Positions 27,762-37,333 of a DNA stretch of 64,000 nt are shown piece by piece. The notes under the pieces are model-generated. The model did no database searches, was not told where the DNA came from, and saw only the letters and a list, made by a program, of their open reading frames with translations. Source of the stretch: Tortispora ganteri. Taxonomy: Eukaryota. Numbering within the stretch: the first letter of the stretch is position 1; every line of letters begins with the position of its first letter. Position numbers and translations under genes: made by a program. The stretch lies in contig PPNB01000005.1 in assembly GCA_003707115.1 (NCBI GenBank), positions 62,001 through 126,000 on the forward strand. Reading direction: 5' to 3'.

Positions 27762-30700
27762 ATGCCGCGTCCGAAATGGATGGACTCATACTTGACGGAT
27801 GTGCATTTAATGGACTACTGTGGAGTCACTGCCGAAGTGCTACCTAGTCCCCGAGTTCGTTACATACTCTCTGGCAACTTCTTACCTCGATCCATGTATT
27901 CCATGGCACAGATTTTAATAGTCAAAGAATCTTCTATTGAACTGTATGGTATTCAAACAGACAGCAAGTGTCCATCTGGTCCACTTACATTGTTGCATGT
28001 TGAATCGCACACAATGCATTGCGAACAAGCACAAGTCTGTCCCTTTCGGGGTCTCATAGATCCTGGCGTGCCTTTCCAGCCAGAAGCATCGCCTAATAAT
28101 ACCGCGAATCTATCTGACCTAAAAAATGAGGTTCAGAGGTCTTTTCCACATATAATAAATCAACAAAGATCTCACCCATTTCGAATCGAACCCTCTGGAA
28201 AAGCAGATTCCTTTTATCTCGCGCCCCCATGTTTGCAACCCTCTATCGAAATCGACAATGACAGTGATATTATCCAGGACACCGAATCGAATGTTTACGA
28301 GACTCTTAGAAAAGGGCTCTCAAATGCAGTGCCAGATCCTGAAATATCTGCAAATGAATCAGACCTCCTACTACTTATCGCTGACTCGTTACTCATTCTA
28401 TTACAGTTTGTCATATTGCAGGACAACACGATACGCGCAATAGTCAGATACATGGATAGTTTGACTATTAAAAACATAAATAATCCAGATAAAATTTGTG
28501 TATCAGCTCCTTGCAGAAACTTGGTTGCAGACCCCGCCGGTCGAGCCTTTGCATTCTCAACAGTCGACGGCTTTGTTCACATATACTCAGGACCTTTCCT
28601 CACCAAGGCACCACACGTCTTCTGGCTCACAAACCAATATCATATACCAAAATTACACTACAGTTTTGACCTTGATGGCTCAATTATAGCAATGTGTTAT
28701 GCATGGCCTGAACTCGATTCTGAACTATCGCCAGCTGCAACCGACACTCATCAGCAACTACTCTCTAGTGATTGCACTCTTGTTATTCTTCTTAGTGACA
28801 ATATCTCTGAACAAAAATGCAAATTATCAACCATTTCTTTGTCAGTGACAAGTTCTGAAACTCGCTTGCTCTCGAAACCATCTCCTCCGCTTCTTCTTCC
28901 GCACATGGAGACAAGGCCAGTAAACATCCATAGCATTCCTAACTCTAACTCAGTTGCAGTTATATGTACTAATGGTATAGTTGTTGTTCCGTTAGCATCA
29001 GTTGGAAATCTAAGTACAGATTCAATCAATCAGGTAATCACCTACCCTGATGATATATCGACAGTGAGTGCTTCTTACATATCGTCAAGCGGGCTTTATT
29101 TGCTCTCTGACAATGGAAAATTAATACTGGTTGCTTTAGAGCCATTGCTAGATAAAATACCTTACTTGGAACTGTTAAGTATTCTGGATTTATCGCAACT
29201 GGAAGGCAACAAACTAAACAGATTTTCAGGAAATTCCCTGGCTATATGCGATTTTCCTTGCATGGCAGGCCAACCAGCTTTCAATTCAGCACAGACGCTA
29301 GCTGTTTGTACGAAATTTAATATTCCAACGCAGCAAAATATACTGCTAATAGGAATAGGTTCGCTCTTTGAAGATTCCTATATCATAAGGACAGATAGAG
29401 AAGTGTCCAGATTCTGCATAGACCTACAACTCGTTAACTGGTCTTCAGTAACTGCTTCTTATTTTCCAGGTATTGAATTTGTCAATGACAAGCTCGAGAA
29501 GACTGTATATCCAAAGTTAAATATTGACGATTATGATGCGCAAACTCGCCATTGGTTTGATGAAGGGAAAGCTATTGTTGGCTATGGTATCAACGGATCT
29601 AGCTATATCTGCAGCATATCACAAGAGCTAGGCACGAAAGTTCTGTTTTCTGGCGATACAGAAATGAATGGAGTAACTCAGATAAAATATTTAGCAAGCA
29701 CCAATGCAATAGCGCTTAACACTACTTTGGAGTTGGATTTTATGTTGTTCATATTGGTATCGGAAATTAGGATAGTTATGTTTGTCACAAAACCTGATGA
29801 TCTTATGGAGCCAACCACTAGCTTCTATGATATAACCGAACTATTCTCTTTCCCAGAAAACGCAATGCCCTTGGATACCTATGCTCTATCGGAAAATGGA
29901 TATGTGCAATTAGATATTGCGTTTCCTAACAGAATTCAAACTTATAAGTTTAATTTTGCCTTCTCGCAAACCGAATTTGTACCTCAATGCTCTATGATAT
30001 TGAATAGAGATGCAGATTTGAGTAATATCATTGACTTGCATTTCAGTAACGGTTTGCTACTGTGCCTCATATCTCAATCGGAAAAGTGTGTTGTTATCAA
30101 AATGACCAAAATGACAATGGAACCACATGACTATGATAATATTACACTCAAGCTTCCCGATACGCATTCTACTTATTACCTGGAGAAGTGTACAGTATTT
30201 TGCGCTGAAGAGTCTTTCATTTTTGGGGTTTTGACCTTCACGCAATCAAACTCCGTTTTCTTCTGTCTCAGAAAATGTACAAAAGATACATGGACTCGTC
30301 TAGGGTTCGACGAAAATCTTAAAGACGAACTAACTATGAGAATTAATTCGTTTTTACCAGGCAATATAAATGTGAAAGGTGGAGCGCTGATAGAATGGTC
30401 TCTTGGACCAAATGAAAGCACTGATATATTTGTTCTGGAGACCGGCACACAAAGCATTGTTGTTATTAAGACCAATTTACTTTATTTTCTGCGGCAAGGT
30501 GAGTTTCCAGCGCAGGACATGTTTGTTGCTGATTTTGCGATCTCTTCATTCGGATCTTCTCCGACTCGAGTTAAACTGCTTGCCATAAGACCCTATGACG
30601 CTATTATTTGCATAAGCGGTATGCATCAATGGTTATTGACAATTCCAAATGTCAACAAATTATCAGAGATTTCTGATTTTGTGAATATTTTGAGATATGC

Positions 30701-32366
30701 AGCTCAAGTTGCCAAAGTGGTTTCGATAGAGCCGAAGTTTACTAGCAACAAGAGACAAACATTTACTCCAGAGATATTTGCTAGGATGGGGAACTGTACT
30801 GATTTGCGAATTGCTTACCGCGCTAATTCTATGATTAGTTTTGGAATTCTTAATCATATAGAAAGCGCGCAAACCATGCGAACATGTCTGCCTTGCAATG
30901 CGCAGAAACTTTTTTTTCTAAAGAATCTGAATACAATATTAGTTTTATTGCAAGACAAATCTCTGAAATTCTTGGATGCAAATTCATTAACAGAAATACG
31001 TTGTAAGGTGTCTATGACTACATGTGCAGGTATAGAAATGCAATTGAATTCAAAGAGTTTTTCTGGCTGGCACGTTCCGGAGCCTTGTCACCTCTTTTCC
31101 GAGATGCTTACGTCTCAAGTATACTCTGAAGAGTTTTGTGACAACACTTCGGTTTCTCCACTAATTGAATTTGCTACTTTCTTTCCTTTTGATGATATGG
31201 TAAGGGAAGTTGAGGCAGCAGACTACAGCCCTGTGGACTGCCTTTTTGGATCAGAAAAAGGCGTTATAGCCTTATGTTGCAACATTAAGGACAACGAGTT
31301 GTTGAAGTGCGAGAATGATAATAGGGTGTTTAAAAAAGTCGTATTTTTCACTATCTCGTCTGATGAAAGTCAATGTTTAATACTAAAACCACAATTGATA
31401 ATTTCGAAGATTTATTTCACTGACCAGAAAGAGTTGCATGCTTCTGAAATATATATCAGTGAGTGCTTTTTCGACTTACCTAATCGCTCTGTGTGCTTGA
31501 ATATGTCAGATGGAAGGCTAGTGCATATTAATATTTTGGACGACGGACAGAAATATACCTACCGTCAGATTAAAACTGATAAATTATACAATGATACACA
31601 ACGAATGGAAGGTGTATACTCTTGGCCGGTTTATTACGAAACGTACAGTGAGACGGCAGACAAGCTCATGTCTGCTTTTGAATTACTCGTATCTGATGAA
31701 GCTGAGGGAGAAGATATAACGAAAAGTAATAAAACAGATATTCAACTATATGACGATGCGTATATAGAATACGCGCTATGCAGGACTATTGCACTGAGGA
31801 GCTGGAGAAACCAATTGAGTCCACAGTTTACTCCTCGTTCACAGAAGATTGATAGAGGTTGCCTCCTTTCTGCTAGGAAAGGGCATATAATCGAACTAGT
31901 TGCTCGATGCTATACACAAATTGTCGATGATTCAGAATCTGATGTCATTAAAGCTAATGATATTTCTGGGAGCATCGCACGATTAAGCGGTGAGATGCGC
32001 GATGTCGCTGAAACATTAGGTTCTGATACTGGTTTGTGGCATAAAGGATTGAATACTGGCGAGAGGGTACCTTTATTTATGATAACATGTATAAATGGGT
32101 CAATGTACAGGCTGGCATTGCTGCGCCCGACTGATATAGATAACCTTAAAGGTATTCTATTATGGGTTAATGCTAAGCATCATGACAAATACAAAGGTAC
32201 AGCCATTATTCACAATGGTTTATTGAAGTCTGTTGTTTGCGACGAAGATGACTCTGCATGTGGATTGCTTAAGCTTGGATATCATGGATCCGATCGCGGT
32301 TTTAGTCTGAATTCAGTATTTGCCGAATACGATGTAACCCGCACAGGGAACATGATGAGACTGTAA
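27762..32366 (+). CDS. Large DDB1/Mms1/Rse1-family beta-propeller protein, divergent (Mms1-like)
   Basis: 1534 aa. N-terminal VLPSP...GNF...ILIVKESSIELY, VADPAGRAFA motif, NW motif and GYG at the propeller junction, all characteristic of the MMS1_N family. Confidence 0.6.
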   Translation: MPRPKWMDSYLTDVHLMDYCGVTAEVLPSPRVRYILSGNFLPRSMYSMAQILIVKESSIELYGIQTDSKCPSGPLTLLHVESHTMHCEQAQVCPFRGLIDPGVPFQPEASPNNTANLSDLKNEVQRSFPHIINQQRSHPFRIEPSGKADSFYLAPPCLQPSIEIDNDSDIIQDTESNVYETLRKGLSNAVPDPEISANESDLLLLIADSLLILLQFVILQDNTIRAIVRYMDSLTIKNINNPDKICVSAPCRNLVADPAGRAFAFSTVDGFVHIYSGPFLTKAPHVFWLTNQYHIPKLHYSFDLDGSIIAMCYAWPELDSELSPAATDTHQQLLSSDCTLVILLSDNISEQKCKLSTISLSVTSSETRLLSKPSPPLLLPHMETRPVNIHSIPNSNSVAVICTNGIVVVPLASVGNLSTDSINQVITYPDDISTVSASYISSSGLYLLSDNGKLILVALEPLLDKIPYLELLSILDLSQLEGNKLNRFSGNSLAICDFPCMAGQPAFNSAQTLAVCTKFNIPTQQNILLIGIGSLFEDSYIIRTDREVSRFCIDLQLVNWSSVTASYFPGIEFVNDKLEKTVYPKLNIDDYDAQTRHWFDEGKAIVGYGINGSSYICSISQELGTKVLFSGDTEMNGVTQIKYLASTNAIALNTTLELDFMLFILVSEIRIVMFVTKPDDLMEPTTSFYDITELFSFPENAMPLDTYALSENGYVQLDIAFPNRIQTYKFNFAFSQTEFVPQCSMILNRDADLSNIIDLHFSNGLLLCLISQSEKCVVIKMTKMTMEPHDYDNITLKLPDTHSTYYLEKCTVFCAEESFIFGVLTFTQSNSVFFCLRKCTKDTWTRLGFDENLKDELTMRINSFLPGNINVKGGALIEWSLGPNESTDIFVLETGTQSIVVIKTNLLYFLRQGEFPAQDMFVADFAISSFGSSPTRVKLLAIRPYDAIICISGMHQWLLTIPNVNKLSEISDFVNILRYAAQVAKVVSIEPKFTSNKRQTFTPEIFARMGNCTDLRIAYRANSMISFGILNHIESAQTMRTCLPCNAQKLFFLKNLNTILVLLQDKSLKFLDANSLTEIRCKVSMTTCAGIEMQLNSKSFSGWHVPEPCHLFSEMLTSQVYSEEFCDNTSVSPLIEFATFFPFDDMVREVEAADYSPVDCLFGSEKGVIALCCNIKDNELLKCENDNRVFKKVVFFTISSDESQCLILKPQLIISKIYFTDQKELHASEIYISECFFDLPNRSVCLNMSDGRLVHINILDDGQKYTYRQIKTDKLYNDTQRMEGVYSWPVYYETYSETADKLMSAFELLVSDEAEGEDITKSNKTDIQLYDDAYIEYALCRTIALRSWRNQLSPQFTPRSQKIDRGCLLSARKGHIIELVARCYTQIVDDSESDVIKANDISGSIARLSGEMRDVAETLGSDTGLWHKGLNTGERVPLFMITCINGSMYRLALLRPTDIDNLKGILLWVNAKHHDKYKGTAIIHNGLLKSVVCDEDDSACGLLKLGYHGSDRGFSLNSVFAEYDVTRTGNMMRL

Positions 32367-32377
32367 TGGGTGCTAAT

Positions 32378-33199
32378 CTAGTTAGGACAAGATGACTCAG
32401 CTGAAGATAAAGGTGCTGAAGACTCAGTTGGAGTGCTGTCGTCATCACCTCCAAGTTCCTGAACGAGTCTGTCCACAATATTAGCCCATTCGGCCATTCC
32501 GCCCATACCAATATCTCCACAGACCAGAACTTTTTCTATAGGGTTTATTATTTCAATCCAAGGCATCTGATTCCGGATTACGTCGAGATGCCTTTTAGTT
32601 ACTGGGTTACTATACATGTATGTGTTCATTGCGGGCGCCACAAGGATCTTGAATTGAGGATTCCAGGCTCGAATTACCGAGGTTAAAAGGTTATCGCAGA
32701 GACCGTTTGCGACCTTCGCCAACGTATTAGCAGATAAAGGAGCAATTAGCAAAATATCAGCCCATTTGCGTAGCTCAATATGAAGAACTGGTGAGTTTCT
32801 ATTTCTGAATAATCGCCATTCGTCGTTATCTCTCCATATATTGATTTTCTTATCATCAGATAAATGGAAGTCTTCACCCGATGGAGACGAATGAATAGCT
32901 GGATGGTGCGCAGGACCGGATGCACCTGGTGTAGCATACTGTCCTCCAACAGACTGAAGCAATTTGCCAGGATTAACAAAGTGCTCAGAATTCTTTGTAA
33001 ATACAACTTGAATATCTACTCGGTCACCATATATCTCAAAGAGCTTGTTGATGATGAAAGGTATCTTTATAGACGCCACAGACCCTGTAGCTCCAATGAG
33101 AACGTGTAGTTTACCATCGTGCATATTAAATGGTAACTGATGCAATTCTTCTACATTCAGATCAGGTGGAATGTCAAATCTAGGATGAGGAGATGTCAT
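32378..33199 (-). CDS. CAB3: Phosphopantothenoylcysteine decarboxylase (HFCD flavoprotein, Cab3/Hal3 family)
   Basis: GATGSVA, VLHIELRKWAD, APLSANTLAK, PAMN, LVCGDIGMGGM. Confidence 0.88.
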   Translation of the reverse strand: MTSPHPRFDIPPDLNVEELHQLPFNMHDGKLHVLIGATGSVASIKIPFIINKLFEIYGDRVDIQVVFTKNSEHFVNPGKLLQSVGGQYATPGASGPAHHPAIHSSPSGEDFHLSDDKKINIWRDNDEWRLFRNRNSPVLHIELRKWADILLIAPLSANTLAKVANGLCDNLLTSVIRAWNPQFKILVAPAMNTYMYSNPVTKRHLDVIRNQMPWIEIINPIEKVLVCGDIGMGGMAEWANIVDRLVQELGGDDDSTPTESSAPLSSAESSCPN

Positions 33200-34335
33200 G
33201 GCTTATTATCGGAATTTAGTTGTGAAGGTGTCAGCCGATGAGAAAGCGTTGTTTTGATAGTAAAGTCTAATTGGGACTTTCCTTTATAAGATAATGAAGC
33301 TACAATTGAGATCCAAAGCTCTATCGTCAACTACACAGAAATCCGTTTATTTTAAGGATAGCCTTATAGACCAATGATATAATATTCTCTTTACGGAAGT
33401 TCAGTTTGAAATTTTAATTTGGCCTTCTTGGGCCTGTAAATGCGCATCCAGGAGCGACATGATCCAACCGCTGCACGATCGACCATGATTGGCGAGATTC
33501 ATTATAAAGCCAACCAAAAAAGACCTTCGATGTGAAATTTTACAAAAACATTACAGGAGCTACAAATAGATAAATTATATTGCTTTGAAAGCTAAACAGG
33601 GTTAATATATCTTTGCGCTTGATCCTGTAAAAGCCCTGTCATCTTACACTCCGGCGATCTGCTATGTGAAGACATGAATTCCATTGAAGATATCTAATTC
33701 TGCGGCAAGATTGAAAAGTATTACTGCAGAATAAAATAGCTAGATATATGACCTACGGCAATTATGCTACTGTAGTTCATGACAACCTGCAGGTGAATAG
33801 CACTTTCCATAAAGTTAACACAGATACGACGTTAAATGCAATGAATCTGAAAGATTTTGATCTCACTCATCCCCTTATTTAAATCTGACTGAGAGATATC
33901 AAATACAGGGAAAAGATTGTTGCTTTTTAGTTAACCTGGGTGTCAATGATGAGCTCTACAAAGTTAATGTAGAAACAACAGTAGGTGCAAGGGATTTCAA
34001 ACGCCCCGATCTTACACTTTTCTAGTTCACCTCGAGACAAGAGAAAGACAGCAAATTAGCTGATGCATTTAAAAAACAACGAATGCATACTAGTGAATAT
34101 CTTTGATCTTGTAATATCGTTTATCGATCTGCATCGTAGATTACTCAATCCCCTCATCCGGCTTAGGACGCTACTATAACCATTTACAGCCCATAGAAAG
34201 ATTGCAAAAAACCTAGACTTAAAATTATACAAATTTACGTTAATATCGTTTATTTTATTACTCAATTTTGAACTTATATGGAGAAATAGAGCCAGAAAAT
34301 ATCTATATACGTGTTTAAAATACGCTTAACTGTGA

Positions 34336-34566
34336 TTGACCAATAGAAAGTACTCGCTTACCTAATAAAAATATCGTTGAAAACTGACCAACCATTTAAC
34401 AAGTTCAAATATAAGGTTTCGCTTAATATTGGCCAATCAAAGAGACTAAAGTTTAGGTTAGGGTTACAATATTTAATAATAGGGTCAAGGGCTAAAGTAA
34501 TATTGACCAATAAAAAACTGTTATTTCAGGATTTGAAGAACATCACGTGATATTATTAGCCAATAA
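34336..34566 (+). promoter_or_regulatory. Cluster of same-strand CCAAT boxes with TTAGGG-like sites and an E-box
   Basis: CCAAT at 34340, 34433, 34507 and 34560, plus CCAAC at 34388. TTAGGTTAGGGTTA at 34453-34466. ATCACGTGAT at 34542-34551. Confidence 0.55.
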
Positions 34567-34663
34567 GAGATTGTATCTTGACTCCCAAACCAGACCATAT
34601 TCTCCCCGCGCTACCACTTGCATCACACTTTCTTAGACGAAATCACCAAATCAACGTTCACAT

Positions 34664-35665
34664 ATGGACGAAAAGCTGCTTTCGAGGAGTGAATCGTTGG
34701 ATATTTGGACGAACGGGAAACAAATTGAGGGATCTTACATTGATATCTCTAAAGAATTGAGTGAATCTCGCGACATACCACATCTAGACGAGTCCCAGGT
34801 GAAACTAGACACAGATAGATCTTACAGGTACCCTGGGTTTGACGATTCAGATTGCGATGCTTTATACAACATAATAATCTCAGAACTGCGCAACAGACCT
34901 GTATTGAGATACTACCAGGGATATCATGATATTGTGCAAGTACTTTACCTGCGGTGCGGGTACAATTGCTTAAAGCTGCTTGACTACATAACGGTTTCCT
35001 ATCTCAGGGACTTCATGATGTCTTCGTTCGACCCTGCGACTGTTCATTTGACTGTTTTTATGAACTTAATGCGATGCGCTGATCAAGCTGTCTTTAGAGC
35101 ACTGCAAACAGTTCCTATAGCTGCATTTGCATTATCTCCGATTATTACTTGGTTCTCCCACGATATACAAGACCTCGATTTGCTGTGCTTACTCTTCGAC
35201 GATATTCTACAGCATCAATCGAGCCTTTATGTCATTTACCTTTACACCTCATTTATATTGAGCGACAATCTAGTGCGAGGCAGGATACTCGCTGAGTACT
35301 ACAATGTGGAGTTACATGAACAAGAAAGATCAGACAATGTCCTTATGATTATGACAAACCTATTCAAAAAACCGCACAATTTAAACAAGCAGACGAAGAA
35401 TGCAATGAGGTACGCTGAAAACCTATTCAAGACTGTTCCTCCAAACCGACTGCGAGTGCTTTCGCAAGTCGATCCTACGTCTACCTTGCGAGGATCGTCA
35501 TCTGACCCTGAATCACTGCTATTAACGCAAGTGTCCAGGGTCAACGAGAAGGTATATTTCATCCCTGAAAACCTCACAGATCCCAGATCATTTTGGTCTG
35601 GAGCATTCATGATGGCTGCCATCGCCGTAGGTTGTGCGATGTACATGACTTATGCTAAACGGTGA
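34664..35665 (+). CDS. GYP8: TBC-domain Rab GAP, tail-anchored (Gyp8/TBC1D20)
   Basis: DESQVKLDTDRS (R finger), YYQGYHDI (Q finger), YLRDFM, ITWFSHD, C-terminal TM. Confidence 0.88.
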   Translation: MDEKLLSRSESLDIWTNGKQIEGSYIDISKELSESRDIPHLDESQVKLDTDRSYRYPGFDDSDCDALYNIIISELRNRPVLRYYQGYHDIVQVLYLRCGYNCLKLLDYITVSYLRDFMMSSFDPATVHLTVFMNLMRCADQAVFRALQTVPIAAFALSPIITWFSHDIQDLDLLCLLFDDILQHQSSLYVIYLYTSFILSDNLVRGRILAEYYNVELHEQERSDNVLMIMTNLFKKPHNLNKQTKNAMRYAENLFKTVPPNRLRVLSQVDPTSTLRGSSSDPESLLLTQVSRVNEKVYFIPENLTDPRSFWSGAFMMAAIAVGCAMYMTYAKR

Positions 35666-35806
35666 AGCAGTTGCCCGGGTATGAATACTAACAATTAAGA
35701 AAATGCGTAATGAGTTAATGTGTGAATGATAGAATACAGACATGAGTTTTGAAACCCGCATAGCAATATTGTAACCATTATGAGCATTCACTTGCCCCAA
35801 AATTTG

Positions 35807-37162
35807 TTATATGCTGGATAAATCCATTATTGGCCTATACTCGTAGGCTTCGTCATCGACAGTGACAGGATAATTGTAGTCACCAAATTTCATAGTTCTT
35901 GCATTAGCAAACAATTCCTCGTCCCATGGATCGAGAGTTAGCTCAGATTCTGCAGGAGCTAAATCATCTTGTAGAGCGGGAACTGAACCAAACGTCCGCG
36001 GATCGCTGCTCTTCAGGAGGGGCGTATTACTTGCAGATTCGGGGAGCCAATATTTATATTTGCCACCCTGTGAGTAGCGCATACCTTCACGAATTCTAGC
36101 TAGTCGAGCGCGACTTTCAGGGTGGTCGATAATGAATTCGCTGTCGTCGAGGGCACGGTACTCGTACTCACTACTGGCGAAAGTGTGCTTAAAATCGTAA
36201 ATCAAGTCCTTGATACCAATAGTGTCTTTCAAAGCATAAGGGAGCAGAACACGAGCACCTCCTGGATGTGTTTCCGTGTAATCTGTGTAGTTGAAGGCGT
36301 ACCAGTGGCTGACAGCGAAACCGAGGAGCTCATGGCACATGAGGACGTTCATTATAAAAGAGGACATGGCCTTAGCTGAGAGTCCATCAGTATCTTTTAT
36401 GATGCCAGCCCATCCGAGGAATGTGAGGAAAAATTGCTGCCAGTATGAGGCGAATATGATGAGTTTGATACAAAGGAACTTGGGCATTGGGCGAAACGGG
36501 GCCAGCTCGTCACGCAAACAAAGCCAATAGAGAGTAAGGCAGTATAGGGATATGGTGACGCTTAAATTGTAGCAAACACCGATCCACATATACGGAGAGA
36601 AAATAGATACTTTACCTTCCTGGTAGATTCCAAGAAATTGGGTGGTGAGAGTGGCTATCACCATAATAGGTTTGAATGCGACGTATTGAAGTATACCACG
36701 CTTGATTGCCACAAAAGTGTAGGGGTCTGAGATATCTATGCTTGATGTACAGAGAGACATGGGGAAATGCATACGAAGAGGCGGGAGACCGCGTTTCAAG
36801 AGCATTAGGTTTCGCTCACCGCCCAGGAAATTTGTAAGGAGACAGAAGAAAGTGAAGAGCACAAAGGCTTCGTAGACTTCACGGAATATATCAACTGTGC
36901 TAACCAATTTTGGTGCTAGAAGACCAGTAAAACATGATATCGCATATACAGGTACCATTAATAGAATCCTGACGACATATCGTTGAAGCATGGGGTTCCT
37001 ATAATTTTTGAAATGTAGATAAATGCTAACAGTGGAGACAATGATCGACAGGCCGACGAAGCAGGCAGACGACCGCACTAACGCACTAAAAAGAAGTGTT
37101 AGAAAATCTACCTTTGTATTACTATTTGATATTACGTACCGATCAATCGCCCCGAAGGCCAT
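35807..37162 (-). CDS. HFL1: TMEM184/OST-alpha family vacuolar membrane protein (Hfl1-like)
   Basis: QRYVVRILLMVPVYA, REVYEAFVLFTFF, KRGILQY, PKFLCIKLIIFASYWQ, C-terminal DEELF...GDYNYPV. Confidence 0.88.
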   Translation of the reverse strand: MAFGAIDRYVISNSNTKVDFLTLLFSALVRSSACFVGLSIIVSTVSIYLHFKNYRNPMLQRYVVRILLMVPVYAISCFTGLLAPKLVSTVDIFREVYEAFVLFTFFCLLTNFLGGERNLMLLKRGLPPLRMHFPMSLCTSSIDISDPYTFVAIKRGILQYVAFKPIMVIATLTTQFLGIYQEGKVSIFSPYMWIGVCYNLSVTISLYCLTLYWLCLRDELAPFRPMPKFLCIKLIIFASYWQQFFLTFLGWAGIIKDTDGLSAKAMSSFIMNVLMCHELLGFAVSHWYAFNYTDYTETHPGGARVLLPYALKDTIGIKDLIYDFKHTFASSEYEYRALDDSEFIIDHPESRARLARIREGMRYSQGGKYKYWLPESASNTPLLKSSDPRTFGSVPALQDDLAPAESELTLDPWDEELFANARTMKFGDYNYPVTVDDEAYEYRPIMDLSSI

Positions 37163-37333
37163 TGTGGAATATTTAGTTATGAAGAATCGTTGGTTGGGAT
37201 TGGTGGAGTAAGCAGGTCGGTCCGCCTCATAACATAAAAGGTTTCCAATATTTAATCATTTTCACTATCATAAAATGTATTTGTCATCTTAGTATTCTAT
37301 AATCCCATTTAAAATAATAAATCCACCAAAGCA

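Noticed and set aside
33946..34063. Box C (ATGATGA) and box D (CTGA) snoRNA-like spacing
   Set aside because: Weak terminal stem and no rRNA-complementary guide that I could recognise.
34250..34551. Saccharomyces-type point centromere (CDEI-II-III)
   Set aside because: A CDEI-like site is present, but there is no CCGAA-containing CDEIII at the expected distance and the flank is not extremely AT-rich.
35679..35699. GTATGA-ATACTAAC-AATTAAG after the GYP8 stop
   Set aside because: Donor and branch point are too close, and GYP8 already ends with its TM anchor.
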